Shown: piece by piece, positions 9,553 to 17,859 of the stretch
Layout of the letters: every line of letters begins with the position of its first letter
Position numbering within the stretch: position 1 is the stretch's first letter
NCBI GenBank assembly: GCA_035604515.1
Contig: DATNIH010000040.1
Coordinates: 866-64,865, forward strand
Length of the DNA: 64,000 bases
From: Caulobacteraceae bacterium
GTDB taxonomy: Bacteria; Pseudomonadota; Alphaproteobacteria; Caulobacterales; Caulobacteraceae
Direction of reading: 5' to 3'
Notes under the pieces: generated by a model
Told to the model about the DNA's origin: nothing
What the model saw: the letters and a program-made list of their open reading frames with translations, nothing else
Database searches by the model: none
Translations under genes and position numbers: made by a program

Positions 9553-10668
9553 TCAGAGCCCGAACACCCGTCGCGCGTTCTGGCCCAGCACGGCCGCCTG
9601 GCGTTCGGGCGACAGGCCGGCGATGGAGCGGCGGATCAGGTTGGGGGCGTCGAGGGTGGAGTCGACGTGCGGGTAGTCGCTGCCCCAGAGGATCTTGTCC
9701 TCGCCGACCAGGTCGAGCATGGCGCCGATGGTGCGCTCCTCGGGCTCGGCCACGAACCAGCAGTTGCGGCGGATGTAGTCGCTTGGCTTCAGCCGCATCG
9801 GCGTCGGCAGCATGGCGCGCAGCACGTCGTGCTTCTCGTCGAGGCGGTCCATCAGATAGGCGGCGTAACCGCAGCCGGCCTCGACGCTGACGATCTTCAG
9901 CGCCGGAAAGCGTTCGAACAGCAGGTCGGTGACCAGGCTGGCCATGGCCGGAATCAGCTGGCCGGTCGCGCCCATGCCGAACGAGAACACGCTGCCCGGC
10001 CGGGTCATGTGCCACTGGCCGAACGCGCCGCCGCCGCCGCCAAAGCGGACGATCACATGCAGGCAGCCGGGAATGCCGGCGTCCTCGCACACCCGCCAGA
10101 TCGGATCGAAGTGGGCCTCGCCCGGGCGCCGGCCGTCCACCACCTCCGGCGGCACGAACAGGCCCTTGAAGCCGGCCTTGACGCAGGTCTTCAGCTCGCG
10201 GGCGGCGCCGTCGACATCGCGCCAGTTGACCGCGGCGATGGGGGCGACGCGGCCTGGCGCGCCGGCGTGGAAGTCCGCCTGCCAGCGGTTGTAGGCGCGG
10301 CAATAGGCCGAGGCGAGCGCCACGTCCTCGGTCGGGAACGGCAGGATGCCGATGGTGGGAAACAGCACGCCGACGTCGACTTTCCAGTCGTCCAGCATCG
10401 CCGCACGGGCCGCCGGCTGGTAGCTGGCCGGCTCGCAGCCGTCGGCATAGGTCATGCCGGGCGAGAACACGTCCTTGCGGTCGAGGTGGGCGCCGCCGAG
10501 GCCCGCCAGCACGCCCGAGAGCACGCTCTCCTCGCCGATGATGAGGTGCTCGATGCCCTCGCGCCGCTCGATGCGGATGGCGCGGTCGCGATAGCGCGGC
10601 TCGAGGTACGTCTGCCACAGGTCGGCAGGCTCCATGACGTGGGAATCGCAGTCCACCACCAGGGTCAT
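9553..10668 (-). CDS. Amidohydrolase_2-family protein (possible decarboxylase/hydrolase)
   Basis: DCDSHVMEP metal motif, CLH, ILWGSDYPH; RBS AAGGAG before the ATG at 10668. Confidence 0.85.
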   Translation of the reverse strand: MTLVVDCDSHVMEPADLWQTYLEPRYRDRAIRIERREGIEHLIIGEESVLSGVLAGLGGAHLDRKDVFSPGMTYADGCEPASYQPAARAAMLDDWKVDVGVLFPTIGILPFPTEDVALASAYCRAYNRWQADFHAGAPGRVAPIAAVNWRDVDGAARELKTCVKAGFKGLFVPPEVVDGRRPGEAHFDPIWRVCEDAGIPGCLHVIVRFGGGGGAFGQWHMTRPGSVFSFGMGATGQLIPAMASLVTDLLFERFPALKIVSVEAGCGYAAYLMDRLDEKHDVLRAMLPTPMRLKPSDYIRRNCWFVAEPEERTIGAMLDLVGEDKILWGSDYPHVDSTLDAPNLIRRSIAGLSPERQAAVLGQNARRVFGL

Positions 10669-10753
10669 GGCCGTCTCCTTGCCGAGCGCCGACACAGGGA
10701 CGCCAGCGACGCAACGGCACGTCAACCCAAGTCTCGGCCCGAGCCTCGGCCGG

Positions 10754-11551
10754 TTAGGTCAAGGTGACGCTGATGGGTCCGAGCGCAACGCCGGTCAGCT
10801 GCGTCGCCCAGGTCTCGCCGGGGGCGATCGGGAAGGCGCGGGTCAGGGTGCCGGTGGTGACGATCTCGCCGGCGCCCAGCGGCGGATTGACGGGGTCGTC
10901 GGCCAGCACGCCGACCAGGTGGCGCAGGGCGGACAGCGGGCCGCCGAGCACGTTGCTGGCCTGGCCGTGGTCGACGACATCGTCGTTACGCTTCAGATCG
11001 ATGCTGAAGCTGGGAAGCGTGCGAAACCAGTCTTCGCCCCCAGCTCGGACCGGATGGCGCTCGCCGATCAGCAGGGCGCTGTGCATGCCCAGTCCCGCCA
11101 CGGCGTCGGCGCCCGAGATCCGCCACCCCGGGAAGATCGACTGCACGATCTCGAAGCCGTGGGCCACCCAGTCCAGGCAGCCGAGCAGCGCCGCCTCGTC
11201 CATCTCCGGCGTTGGGGGGCTCGAGAGGCCGAACACGATCTCCGGCTCGATCAGCGGCTCGCATCGGCCCGCCAGCGAGAACGGCGCGTCGAGCGGGGCC
11301 AGGGTGCTGTCGTAGATGTCGCCCCACATCGGCGCATAGACGCCGTACTGCGCCCAGATGGTGCGGTTGGTGAAGCCGATCTTGCGCCCGACCGGCCGCT
11401 CGCCAGCGGCCTCGCGCAGCCCCCGCACCGCAGCGGTCACGCGGTAGGCCGCCGCGAGGTCGAACGCCGGGTCGCGGGTCGAGAACGGCGCGATCTGCCG
11501 CGCTTCCCTCAGGGCTGCGAGGGCTTCCTCGGCCATGCCGTCGATGTCCAT
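10754..11551 (-). CDS. 2-keto-4-pentenoate hydratase / 4-oxalocrotonate decarboxylase family (FAH superfamily)
   Basis: VGRKIGFTN, PLIEPEIVF, EIVQS, VLGGPLSAL, GEIVTTGTLT. Confidence 0.85.
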   Translation of the reverse strand: MDIDGMAEEALAALREARQIAPFSTRDPAFDLAAAYRVTAAVRGLREAAGERPVGRKIGFTNRTIWAQYGVYAPMWGDIYDSTLAPLDAPFSLAGRCEPLIEPEIVFGLSSPPTPEMDEAALLGCLDWVAHGFEIVQSIFPGWRISGADAVAGLGMHSALLIGERHPVRAGGEDWFRTLPSFSIDLKRNDDVVDHGQASNVLGGPLSALRHLVGVLADDPVNPPLGAGEIVTTGTLTRAFPIAPGETWATQLTGVALGPISVTLT

Positions 11552-11648
11552 GCCAGCCTCCCGGCGCCGTTCGGAGCGCCCGCCTCGGTCGCTATTCCAT
11601 ATTTGCCGAGCGCGCTCTAGGAGTGGGCGCATTCACGGAGGCCGCGCC

Positions 11649-11834
11649 ATGCCCGAAGTCATCGTCCACGCCGTCGAGGGCCGCACGCCCGAGCAGAAGA
11701 AGGCGCTGTGCGCCGACATCACCGCCGCCGTGGTCAAGCACTTCAACGCGCCGCTGGACGCGGTCACCGTCAGCATCATCGACGCCCCGAGGGACTCGAA
11801 GATGAAGGGCGGAGTGATGTTCTCGGAGCGGTAG
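11649..11834 (+). CDS. 4-oxalocrotonate tautomerase family protein
   Basis: 61 aa; Pro directly after Met (catalytic Pro1); EGRTPEQK motif; GGAGG RBS. Confidence 0.9.
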   Translation: MPEVIVHAVEGRTPEQKKALCADITAAVVKHFNAPLDAVTVSIIDAPRDSKMKGGVMFSER

Positions 11835-11843
11835 GCGGGAACG

Positions 11844-13103
11844 CTATACCGCCACCACCGCCGCCTCTGACCGCTCGATGAAGTCGCGGATGCGGGGATA
11901 GATCTCGTCGTTGAAGCGGCGGCCGTTGAAGACGCCGTAGTGGCCGACTCGCGGCTGCACGTAGAGCTCGTGCAGGCCGTCCGGCAGGTTCGGCAGCATG
12001 GCGTGCACCGCCTGGGTCTGGCCGACGCCGGAGATGTCGTCGTTCTCGCCCTCGACGCTCATGGCCGCGACATCGCTGATCGCGGCGAGGTTCACCAGTC
12101 GGCCGCGGTGGGTCAGCTCGCCTTTCGGCAGCAGGTAGCGCTGGAACACGGTGTCGACGGTCTGCAGGTAGAATTCCTCGGTCAGGTCCAGCACCGAGAG
12201 ATATTCATCGTAGAACTCGCGGTGCTTCTCGGCCGAGTCGCCGTCGCCGCCGACCAGATGGTCGAAGTAGCGCTGGTGGGCCTCCTGGTGCTTCTCGGCG
12301 TTCATCGAGATGAAGCTGTAGAGCTGCACGAAACCCGGATAGACGCGCCGCAACATGCCCGGATAAGGCGCAGGCACGGTGTCGATCATCACGTGCTGGA
12401 ACCAGGAGAACGGCTTGTCCTCCGCCAGGCGGTTGGTGGCGGTGGGCGCGAAGCGTGCGTCGAGGGGCGAGCCAAGGAAGCTGATGCTGGCAGGCCGGTG
12501 CGGATCGCCCTCCTCGGCCAGCAGCGCCGCGGCGGCCAGCACCGGCGGGCCCGGCTGGCAGACCGCCACCACGTGCGCGCGCTCGCCGATGTGGCGCAGG
12601 ATCAGCTGGATCTGGTCGATGTAGTCGTTGAAGTCGAAGCGGCCCTCGATGATCGGCACGTCGCGGGCGTTGGCCCAGTCGGTGACGTAAACGTCGAAGT
12701 CCTGCAGGAAGGTCTGCACGGTGCCGCGCAGCAGCGTGGCGTAGTGGCCCGACAGCGGGGCGACGATCAGCAGCGGCGGCGCGGCCAGCGGCGCGCGGGC
12801 GCGGCGCAGGTCCAGCGGTTCGCGCGAGAACCGGCGCAGCTTCACCCAGGCGCTCGACCAGACCACCTCTTCACGCACCGCGACCGGACGCTGCTTCACC
12901 GTCGCCGTCTCGATGCCCCAGTCGGGACGGCCATAGCGGCGCGTCAGGTTGGAGAGCATCTCCGACGAGGCCATCAGTGTGCGCCCCCACTTCGAGGCGC
13001 TGGCCGGATTCAACGGCGAGCCCCAGAAGTCCCGCGCCGCCCGGGCGGCGTAACGCACCGGCGTCGCCGTGTTGTAGGCCGCTTCGTGGAGGGAATAGAG
13101 CAT
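11844..13103 (-). CDS. phaZ: Intracellular polyhydroxyalkanoate depolymerase
   Basis: LIVAPLSGHYATLLRGTV, VAVCQP (catalytic Cys), VEGENDDISG.GQT, GHYGVFNGRR. Confidence 0.93.
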   Translation of the reverse strand: MLYSLHEAAYNTATPVRYAARAARDFWGSPLNPASASKWGRTLMASSEMLSNLTRRYGRPDWGIETATVKQRPVAVREEVVWSSAWVKLRRFSREPLDLRRARAPLAAPPLLIVAPLSGHYATLLRGTVQTFLQDFDVYVTDWANARDVPIIEGRFDFNDYIDQIQLILRHIGERAHVVAVCQPGPPVLAAAALLAEEGDPHRPASISFLGSPLDARFAPTATNRLAEDKPFSWFQHVMIDTVPAPYPGMLRRVYPGFVQLYSFISMNAEKHQEAHQRYFDHLVGGDGDSAEKHREFYDEYLSVLDLTEEFYLQTVDTVFQRYLLPKGELTHRGRLVNLAAISDVAAMSVEGENDDISGVGQTQAVHAMLPNLPDGLHELYVQPRVGHYGVFNGRRFNDEIYPRIRDFIERSEAAVVAV

Positions 13104-13116
13104 CCGGATCCGAACT

Positions 13117-13128
13117 TTGTGCAGTGCA
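13117..13128 (-). promoter_or_regulatory. Putative PhaR operator upstream of phaZ
   Basis: Minus strand reads TGCACTGCACAA, fitting the rhizobial PhaR consensus as I recall it (TGCRNYGCASMA); 13 nt upstream of the phaZ start. Confidence 0.6.
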
Positions 13129-13190
13129 ATATATCGGCGTGAACTTGAGTGAAGTCCAGACGGCGCAAGTGTGCGGCGAGTCGCACAGGT

Positions 13191-13326
13191 TCCCCTCCCC
13201 CTTGCGGGGAGGGGTTAGGGGTGGGGGTGTTAGCGTCGCGCTTGCCGATTTAGCGTCTCGCAGCCTCATCGGCGAACACCCAGCTCGCACCCCCACCCCC
13301 GACCCCTCCCCGCAAGGGGGAGGGGA
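13191..13326. repeat. Intergenic palindromic element, family B
   Basis: TCCCCTCCCCCTTGCGGGGAGGGGTTAGGGGTGGGGGTG...CACCCCCACCCCCGACCCCTCCCCGCAAGGGGGAGGGGA; long terminal inverted arms. Confidence 0.9.
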
Positions 13327-13338
13327 GGCAGACCGAGC

Positions 13339-13935
13339 TTACGCCCCGCGCATCGCTTCCGAGATCTGCCGCGCGTCCTCCTCCGGCGTCAGGCCGTCGG
13401 CGATCACGCTGTGGAACTTGCCGCTCGGGTCCATCAGGTAGAGCGCGGTGGAGTGGTCCATCGAGTAGGTCGAGCCGGTCCCTTCCTTCTGGTAGTAGAC
13501 CGCATAGGCCCTGGCGACCTGGGCGATCTGGGCCGGGCTGCCGGTCAGGCCGATGATGTTCTTGGGGAAAACCCGGCTGGAGATGTAGGTCTTCATCGCC
13601 GCCGGCGTGTCGCGCGCCGGATCGACGGTGACGAACACCACCTGGGCGTCCTTCGCCTTCGGCCCGAGTTCGTCCATCGCCCTGCCGAGCGTGGTCAGCG
13701 TCGTCGGGCAATAGTCGGGGCAGAAGGTGTAGCCGAAGAACACCACGCTCCACTTTCCCTTAAGCACCGATTGGTCGACCGCCCGTCCGTCCTGGTTCAC
13801 CAGCGTGAACGGGCCGCCGGGTTCAGCGCCCTGAGCCTGGCTCGACGAGGCCGCCCGTGGGGCGCAGGCCGACAAGACGGCGATCGGCGCGCACGCCAGC
13901 ATCGCCGCGCTCGCCCAAAGCGCGAGCTTTGCCAT
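13339..13935 (-). CDS. senC: SCO1/SenC/PrrC copper chaperone
   Basis: FFGYTFCPDYCP (CxxxC), VTVDP.RDT, MDHS; AAGGAG RBS before the ATG at 13935. Confidence 0.9.
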   Translation of the reverse strand: MAKLALWASAAMLACAPIAVLSACAPRAASSSQAQGAEPGGPFTLVNQDGRAVDQSVLKGKWSVVFFGYTFCPDYCPTTLTTLGRAMDELGPKAKDAQVVFVTVDPARDTPAAMKTYISSRVFPKNIIGLTGSPAQIAQVARAYAVYYQKEGTGSTYSMDHSTALYLMDPSGKFHSVIADGLTPEEDARQISEAMRGA

Positions 13936-13984
13936 ACGACTCCTTTGACGCGACGCTGGTTGGGGGCCACTCTGCTGGGACTCG

Positions 13985-15403
13985 ATGGCCATGGCATCCG
14001 CTTCTTCCGCTGCGACCGCCCGTGTCGCGCCAGATTCTGGCAAGCCGGGTCCGGATACGCCGGGGTCCGCGGGGGCGCAAGCCGCGCCGGCGGCGGTGAT
14101 CGTCCGCCGGCCGGGGCGCCTGCGCTCACGCACCCTGATCACCCTGCGATGGCTGGCTTTGGCGGGCCAGGCGATCGCGTTGGTGGTGGTCGCCCAGGTG
14201 CTCAGGTTCCCGGCCCCCTACCTGCCCTGCGCGATCGTCGTCGGCGTCGGCGTGTGGCTGAACCTGCTGTTGACGCTGACGCCGATCAGCCGCCGCACCG
14301 CCACCGACTGGGAGGCGGCGGCGCAGCTCGGCTTCGATATCCTGCAGCTGGGCGGCCTGCTTTACCTCACCGGCGGCATCGCCAACCCGTTCGCCCTCTT
14401 GATCATCGCGCCGGTGACGCTGGCCGGCGCCAGCCTGCCGGTGCGCTACGCCGCGGCGATCGCGGCGCTGGCCCTGGTGGTGGTGGCGGGTTTGGCCGTC
14501 CACGCTCTGCCGACGCCGTGGCACGCCGGCGAGACGCTGCATCTGCCGGTGATCTACCGCATGGGGCTGGCGGTGGCGCTGGGCACGGGCATCGCCTTCT
14601 CGGCGGGCTACGCGCACCAGGCCGCCGCGGAGGCGGCGCGGATGGAGCTGGCGCTCAACGTCACCGAGACGGTGCTGGCGCGCGAACAACGGCTCTCGGC
14701 GCTGGGCGCGCTGGCGGCCGCCGCGGCGCACGAGCTCGGCACGCCGCTCGCCACCATCGCCGTGGTCGCCAAGGAGATGGCGCGCGAGACGCCGGAGGGG
14801 CCGCTGCGCGAAGACGCCGAACTGCTGATGGCCCAGGCGCAGCGCTGCCGCGACATCCTGCGCCGCCTCGGCGAGATGCCGGCGACCACCGACGAGGTGC
14901 ACGAGCGGATGAGCCTGCTGCAGTTCGTGCGCGAGGTGGTCGAGCCCTACGCCAAGGCCGACGCGGTGCAGGTCGAGGCGGTGGTCACCGGGCCCGCCGG
15001 GATCGAGGCCCCGGATGTCTGGCGCTGGCCCGAGGTGCTGCACGCCATGACCTCGATCGTCGAGAACGCGTTCGACTTCGCCCGCAAGGAGATCCTGGTC
15101 ACCGCCCGCTTCGACGCCGACACCGTGACGGTCGAGGTGCGCGACGATGGCCCCGGCTTTTCGCCGCAGGTGCTGGCCAAGCTCGGCGAGCCCTACGTCA
15201 CCAGCCGTCCCGGCGCGGAGGGCTCGCGCACCGGCCACATCGGCATGGGGCTGGGCTTCTTCATCGCCAAAACGTTGCTGGAACGTACCGGCGCGGTTGT
15301 GGAATTCCGCAACGGCCGCCGGGGCGGCGCCATCGTCTCCGCCCGCTGGAAGCGCTCGCAGATCGAGGCGCCGCCACTGGGGGATGTAGCGTGGCGCTCT
15401 TGA
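13985..15403 (+). CDS. regB: Redox-sensing histidine kinase RegB/PrrB/ActS
   Basis: GGIANPF quinone-binding motif, AAAAHELGTPL H-box, redox Cys in QRCRDIL, GMGLGFFIA; alternative start 13991. Confidence 0.93.
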   Translation: MAMASASSAATARVAPDSGKPGPDTPGSAGAQAAPAAVIVRRPGRLRSRTLITLRWLALAGQAIALVVVAQVLRFPAPYLPCAIVVGVGVWLNLLLTLTPISRRTATDWEAAAQLGFDILQLGGLLYLTGGIANPFALLIIAPVTLAGASLPVRYAAAIAALALVVVAGLAVHALPTPWHAGETLHLPVIYRMGLAVALGTGIAFSAGYAHQAAAEAARMELALNVTETVLAREQRLSALGALAAAAAHELGTPLATIAVVAKEMARETPEGPLREDAELLMAQAQRCRDILRRLGEMPATTDEVHERMSLLQFVREVVEPYAKADAVQVEAVVTGPAGIEAPDVWRWPEVLHAMTSIVENAFDFARKEILVTARFDADTVTVEVRDDGPGFSPQVLAKLGEPYVTSRPGAEGSRTGHIGMGLGFFIAKTLLERTGAVVEFRNGRRGGAIVSARWKRSQIEAPPLGDVAWRS

Positions 15404-15419
15404 ATAAGTTGAGAATGGT

Positions 15420-15434
15420 GCGACATTCTGCCTC
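15420..15434 (+). promoter_or_regulatory. Possible RegA/RegR box upstream of regA
   Basis: GCGACATTCTGCCTC has one mismatch to the recalled RegR consensus GNGRCRTTNNGNCGC. Confidence 0.4.
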
Positions 15435-15488
15435 AGGCGCCGCCACGGTTGACCTGGGCTGCGCCATAAAACGGGAGCGCGTAAGCCC

Positions 15489-16046
15489 ATGAGCAGCCTC
15501 GAATCTTCGATCGCCGGCCTGCCCGAGAAGACCCTGTTGCTGCTCGACGACGACGGACCGCTGCGCAACCGGCTCGGCCGCGCGCTCGAGAGCCGCGGCT
15601 TCCAGACCACCCTGGTGGAGTCGGTCTCGGAGGCGCTCACGGCCGTCCGCAGCCGCCCGCCGGCCTTCGCGGTGCTCGACATGCGGCTCGAGGACGGCAC
15701 CGGCCTGAAGGTGGTCGAGGCGCTGCGCGAGGCCAGGCCCGACGCCCGCATCGTCATGCTGACCGGCTATGGCAACATCGCCACCGCGGTCGCGGCGGTG
15801 AAGGCCGGCGCGGTCGACTACCTGTCCAAGCCCGCCGACGCCGACGACGTCGCCAAGGCGCTGCTGGCCCAGGCGGGCGCGTCGCCGGCGCCGCCGGACA
15901 ATCCGATGAGCGCCGACCGGGTGCGTTGGGAGCACATCCAGCGCGTCTACGAGCTGTGCGGCCACAACGTCTCCGAGACCGCCCGCCGGCTCAACATGCA
16001 CCGCCGCACGCTGCAGCGGATCCTGGCCAAGCGCGCGCCGCGCTAG
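15489..16046 (+). CDS. regA: Response regulator RegA/PrrA/ActR
   Basis: Receiver domain followed by PMSADRVRWEHIQRVYE.C..NVSETARRLNMHRRTLQRILAKR. Confidence 0.96.
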   Translation: MSSLESSIAGLPEKTLLLLDDDGPLRNRLGRALESRGFQTTLVESVSEALTAVRSRPPAFAVLDMRLEDGTGLKVVEALREARPDARIVMLTGYGNIATAVAAVKAGAVDYLSKPADADDVAKALLAQAGASPAPPDNPMSADRVRWEHIQRVYELCGHNVSETARRLNMHRRTLQRILAKRAPR

Positions 16047-16067
16047 CCCCCCTCGTTCTCGCCCGGC

Positions 16068-16394
16068 ATGGCGACCTGGGACGACATCCGCGCGGCCGCG
16101 TTGGCGCTGCCCGGCGCCAGGGAAAGCGACATGCTGGGCGAGCCGGCGTTCAAGGTCGGCCGCAAGGGCTTCGTCCATGCCTGGCGCGGCCGGGTGCTGA
16201 TGAAGCTGGGCCGGGATCACCAGGAGCTGCTGTTCGAGGCGCGGCCGGAGGTGTTCTCGCCGATGAACAGCGGCGGCATGCGCTGGAGCTGGGTCGAGAT
16301 CGAGCGGCTCGACGCCGACGAGATGGCCGAGCTGGTCCGCGAAGCCTGGACCTGCATCGTGCCCAAGAAGGTCAGCCGCGCGCTCGCCGGCTGA
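16068..16394 (+). CDS. MmcQ/YjbR-family protein
   Basis: AALALPGA.E, PAFKVGRKGF, ELVREAW...PKK. Confidence 0.8.
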   Translation: MATWDDIRAAALALPGARESDMLGEPAFKVGRKGFVHAWRGRVLMKLGRDHQELLFEARPEVFSPMNSGGMRWSWVEIERLDADEMAELVREAWTCIVPKKVSRALAG

Positions 16395-16829
16395 TCAGAC
16401 CACCGTCACCCGCAGCGCCGCCAGCCGGGCGAAGGCGATGGTCAGCGCCTTGCGCCGTGCGCCAACCAGCGGCGTCGGCGGCGACTCGCGCAGCACCGCG
16501 CCGCCGAAGCCGTCGGCGACGATCAGGCCCGGCGCCTCGGGCAGGATCTCGCGCGGAAACTCCGGCGCGACGGCGAAGTAGAAGGCGTCGCAGTAAGGCA
16601 GGTACTCGTGCCACTTGCGGTCGGTCTTGAAGTCGTCCAACCCGGACTTCACCTCGGCGATGGCGATCTCGCCGCGCGGCCCCAGCGCCATGATGTCCGC
16701 GCGCCGCCCGTTCGGCAGCGTCACCTCCAGCAATGGCGCATAGCCCAGCGCCGCCATCAGCCGCCCGGCCCCGCGGGTCACCGCATCGGTGGTCTCGGGC
16801 CGCGAGAGGGTGAGGACGAGCGTTTCCAC
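16395..16829 (-). CDS. mmcB: MmcB DNA-repair endonuclease-like protein
   Basis: EVTLPNGRRAD, IAEVKS..DF..DRKW.EY..YCD.FYFAV, IVADGFG. Confidence 0.92.
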   Translation of the reverse strand: METLVLTLSRPETTDAVTRGAGRLMAALGYAPLLEVTLPNGRRADIMALGPRGEIAIAEVKSGLDDFKTDRKWHEYLPYCDAFYFAVAPEFPREILPEAPGLIVADGFGGAVLRESPPTPLVGARRKALTIAFARLAALRVTVV

Positions 16830-16839
16830 GCCCCATCCT

Positions 16840-16854
16840 GTTCCATCTTCGTTC
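16840..16854. promoter_or_regulatory. Alphaproteobacterial LexA (SOS) box
   Basis: Exact GTTC-N7-GTTC (GTTCCATCTTCGTTC) 10 nt upstream of the mmcB start; mmcB is a known SOS gene in Caulobacter. Confidence 0.88.
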
Positions 16855-17002
16855 TCTTGGTCAACCGGGTAGTGGGGGCCCCACTACCGTCAATCGGAAT
16901 GACAAACCCCTGGACGCTGCTAGGATGCGCCGTCCATGGCGATTTGGCTCACGCAGCCGCGCCAGCTGGGTGCCTTCGAAACCCTGACATCTGGAGGTCG
17001 AG

Positions 17003-17188
17003 ATGAGCAACGCCGCCGCATCGTACGCGCCGGGTGACCTGGTCCGTGTCGTGGACGGGCCTTTCACGGACTTCGCCGGGGTCATCCGCGAGATCGACGC
17101 GACCCGAGACGAATTGCTGGTGGAAGTGGCGATGTTCGGCCGCCCCGTTCCCATCCGGGCGGAGGCTTGGCAGGTGACGTCCGGCTAG
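17003..17188 (+). CDS. Stand-alone NusG C-terminal KOW-domain protein (61 aa)
   Basis: PGDLVRVVDGPFTDFAGV...V.V.MFGRPVP...QV aligns by eye with the NusG CTD; GGAGG RBS at 16993-16997; in-frame TGA at 16985. Confidence 0.8.
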   Translation: MSNAAASYAPGDLVRVVDGPFTDFAGVIREIDATRDELLVEVAMFGRPVPIRAEAWQVTSG

Positions 17189-17203
17189 ATCGGACCCTCG
17201 TCC

Positions 17204-17752
17204 TCAGCGCTGCTGCGGGAACGCGAGCTTGGTGAGGTTGAGGCCGAGCTGCTGCATGCGTCCGATCGCCGCCGCCTTGACCGCAGCGGTGATCGCCGGC
17301 TGGCGCGACATCAGCCACACGTAGCGCCCGTCCGCGGTGCACATGATCAGCCAGTTGTTGTCGTCTGCGTGGTCGAGGATCCAGTACTCGCGCGAGATCA
17401 GTCCGCCCAGGATGCCCAGCTGCATCTTGGCGTTGCCGCTGGAGGGGAGCACATGGCCCTGCACGCTCATCGTCTTGGCAGGACCCGTCGGCGCGCCTTG
17501 GTGGCAGGTCTGCACCGCCGAGAACGAGCCGCCGCGCCAGCCGGAGAAATCGGTGGTCGAAGCCAGGCAATCGGCCTGCATCTTGTTGGTGGTGCGGGCG
17601 ATCTCGTACCAACGGCCGGAGTAGAGGTTCGTGGCCACCGGCTTGGCCGGCTGCGGCGCCGCTGCGCCGGCGGGCGCGGCCAGACCCAGCAGAGCGATCA
17701 GACCCAAGAGAGCAACCGGGGCGAACGCGGCGGTGAACGACTTCATTTTCAT
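17204..17752 (-). CDS. Lipocalin-family (Blc-like) exported protein
   Basis: Signal peptide; YSGRWYEIAR lipocalin motif; YWILDH; YVWLMSRQP. Confidence 0.85.
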   Translation of the reverse strand: MKMKSFTAAFAPVALLGLIALLGLAAPAGAAAPQPAKPVATNLYSGRWYEIARTTNKMQADCLASTTDFSGWRGGSFSAVQTCHQGAPTGPAKTMSVQGHVLPSSGNAKMQLGILGGLISREYWILDHADDNNWLIMCTADGRYVWLMSRQPAITAAVKAAAIGRMQQLGLNLTKLAFPQQR

Positions 17753-17859
17753 CCTCTGCCGATTTTCGCCGCAAATCATGCAGCCATCAAGACCTTCGGC
17801 GCCCCACCGGGCTGGTGGGGCGCTTAAGGTCACATCACGACATAAATGAGAACTAAGCC

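Noticed and set aside
16860-17002. Frameshifted NusG N-terminal domain upstream of the KOW gene (nusG pseudogene)
   Set aside because: The short upstream frames (MTNPWTLLG..., MRRPWRFG...) show no NGN similarity, and there is too little room before mmcB.
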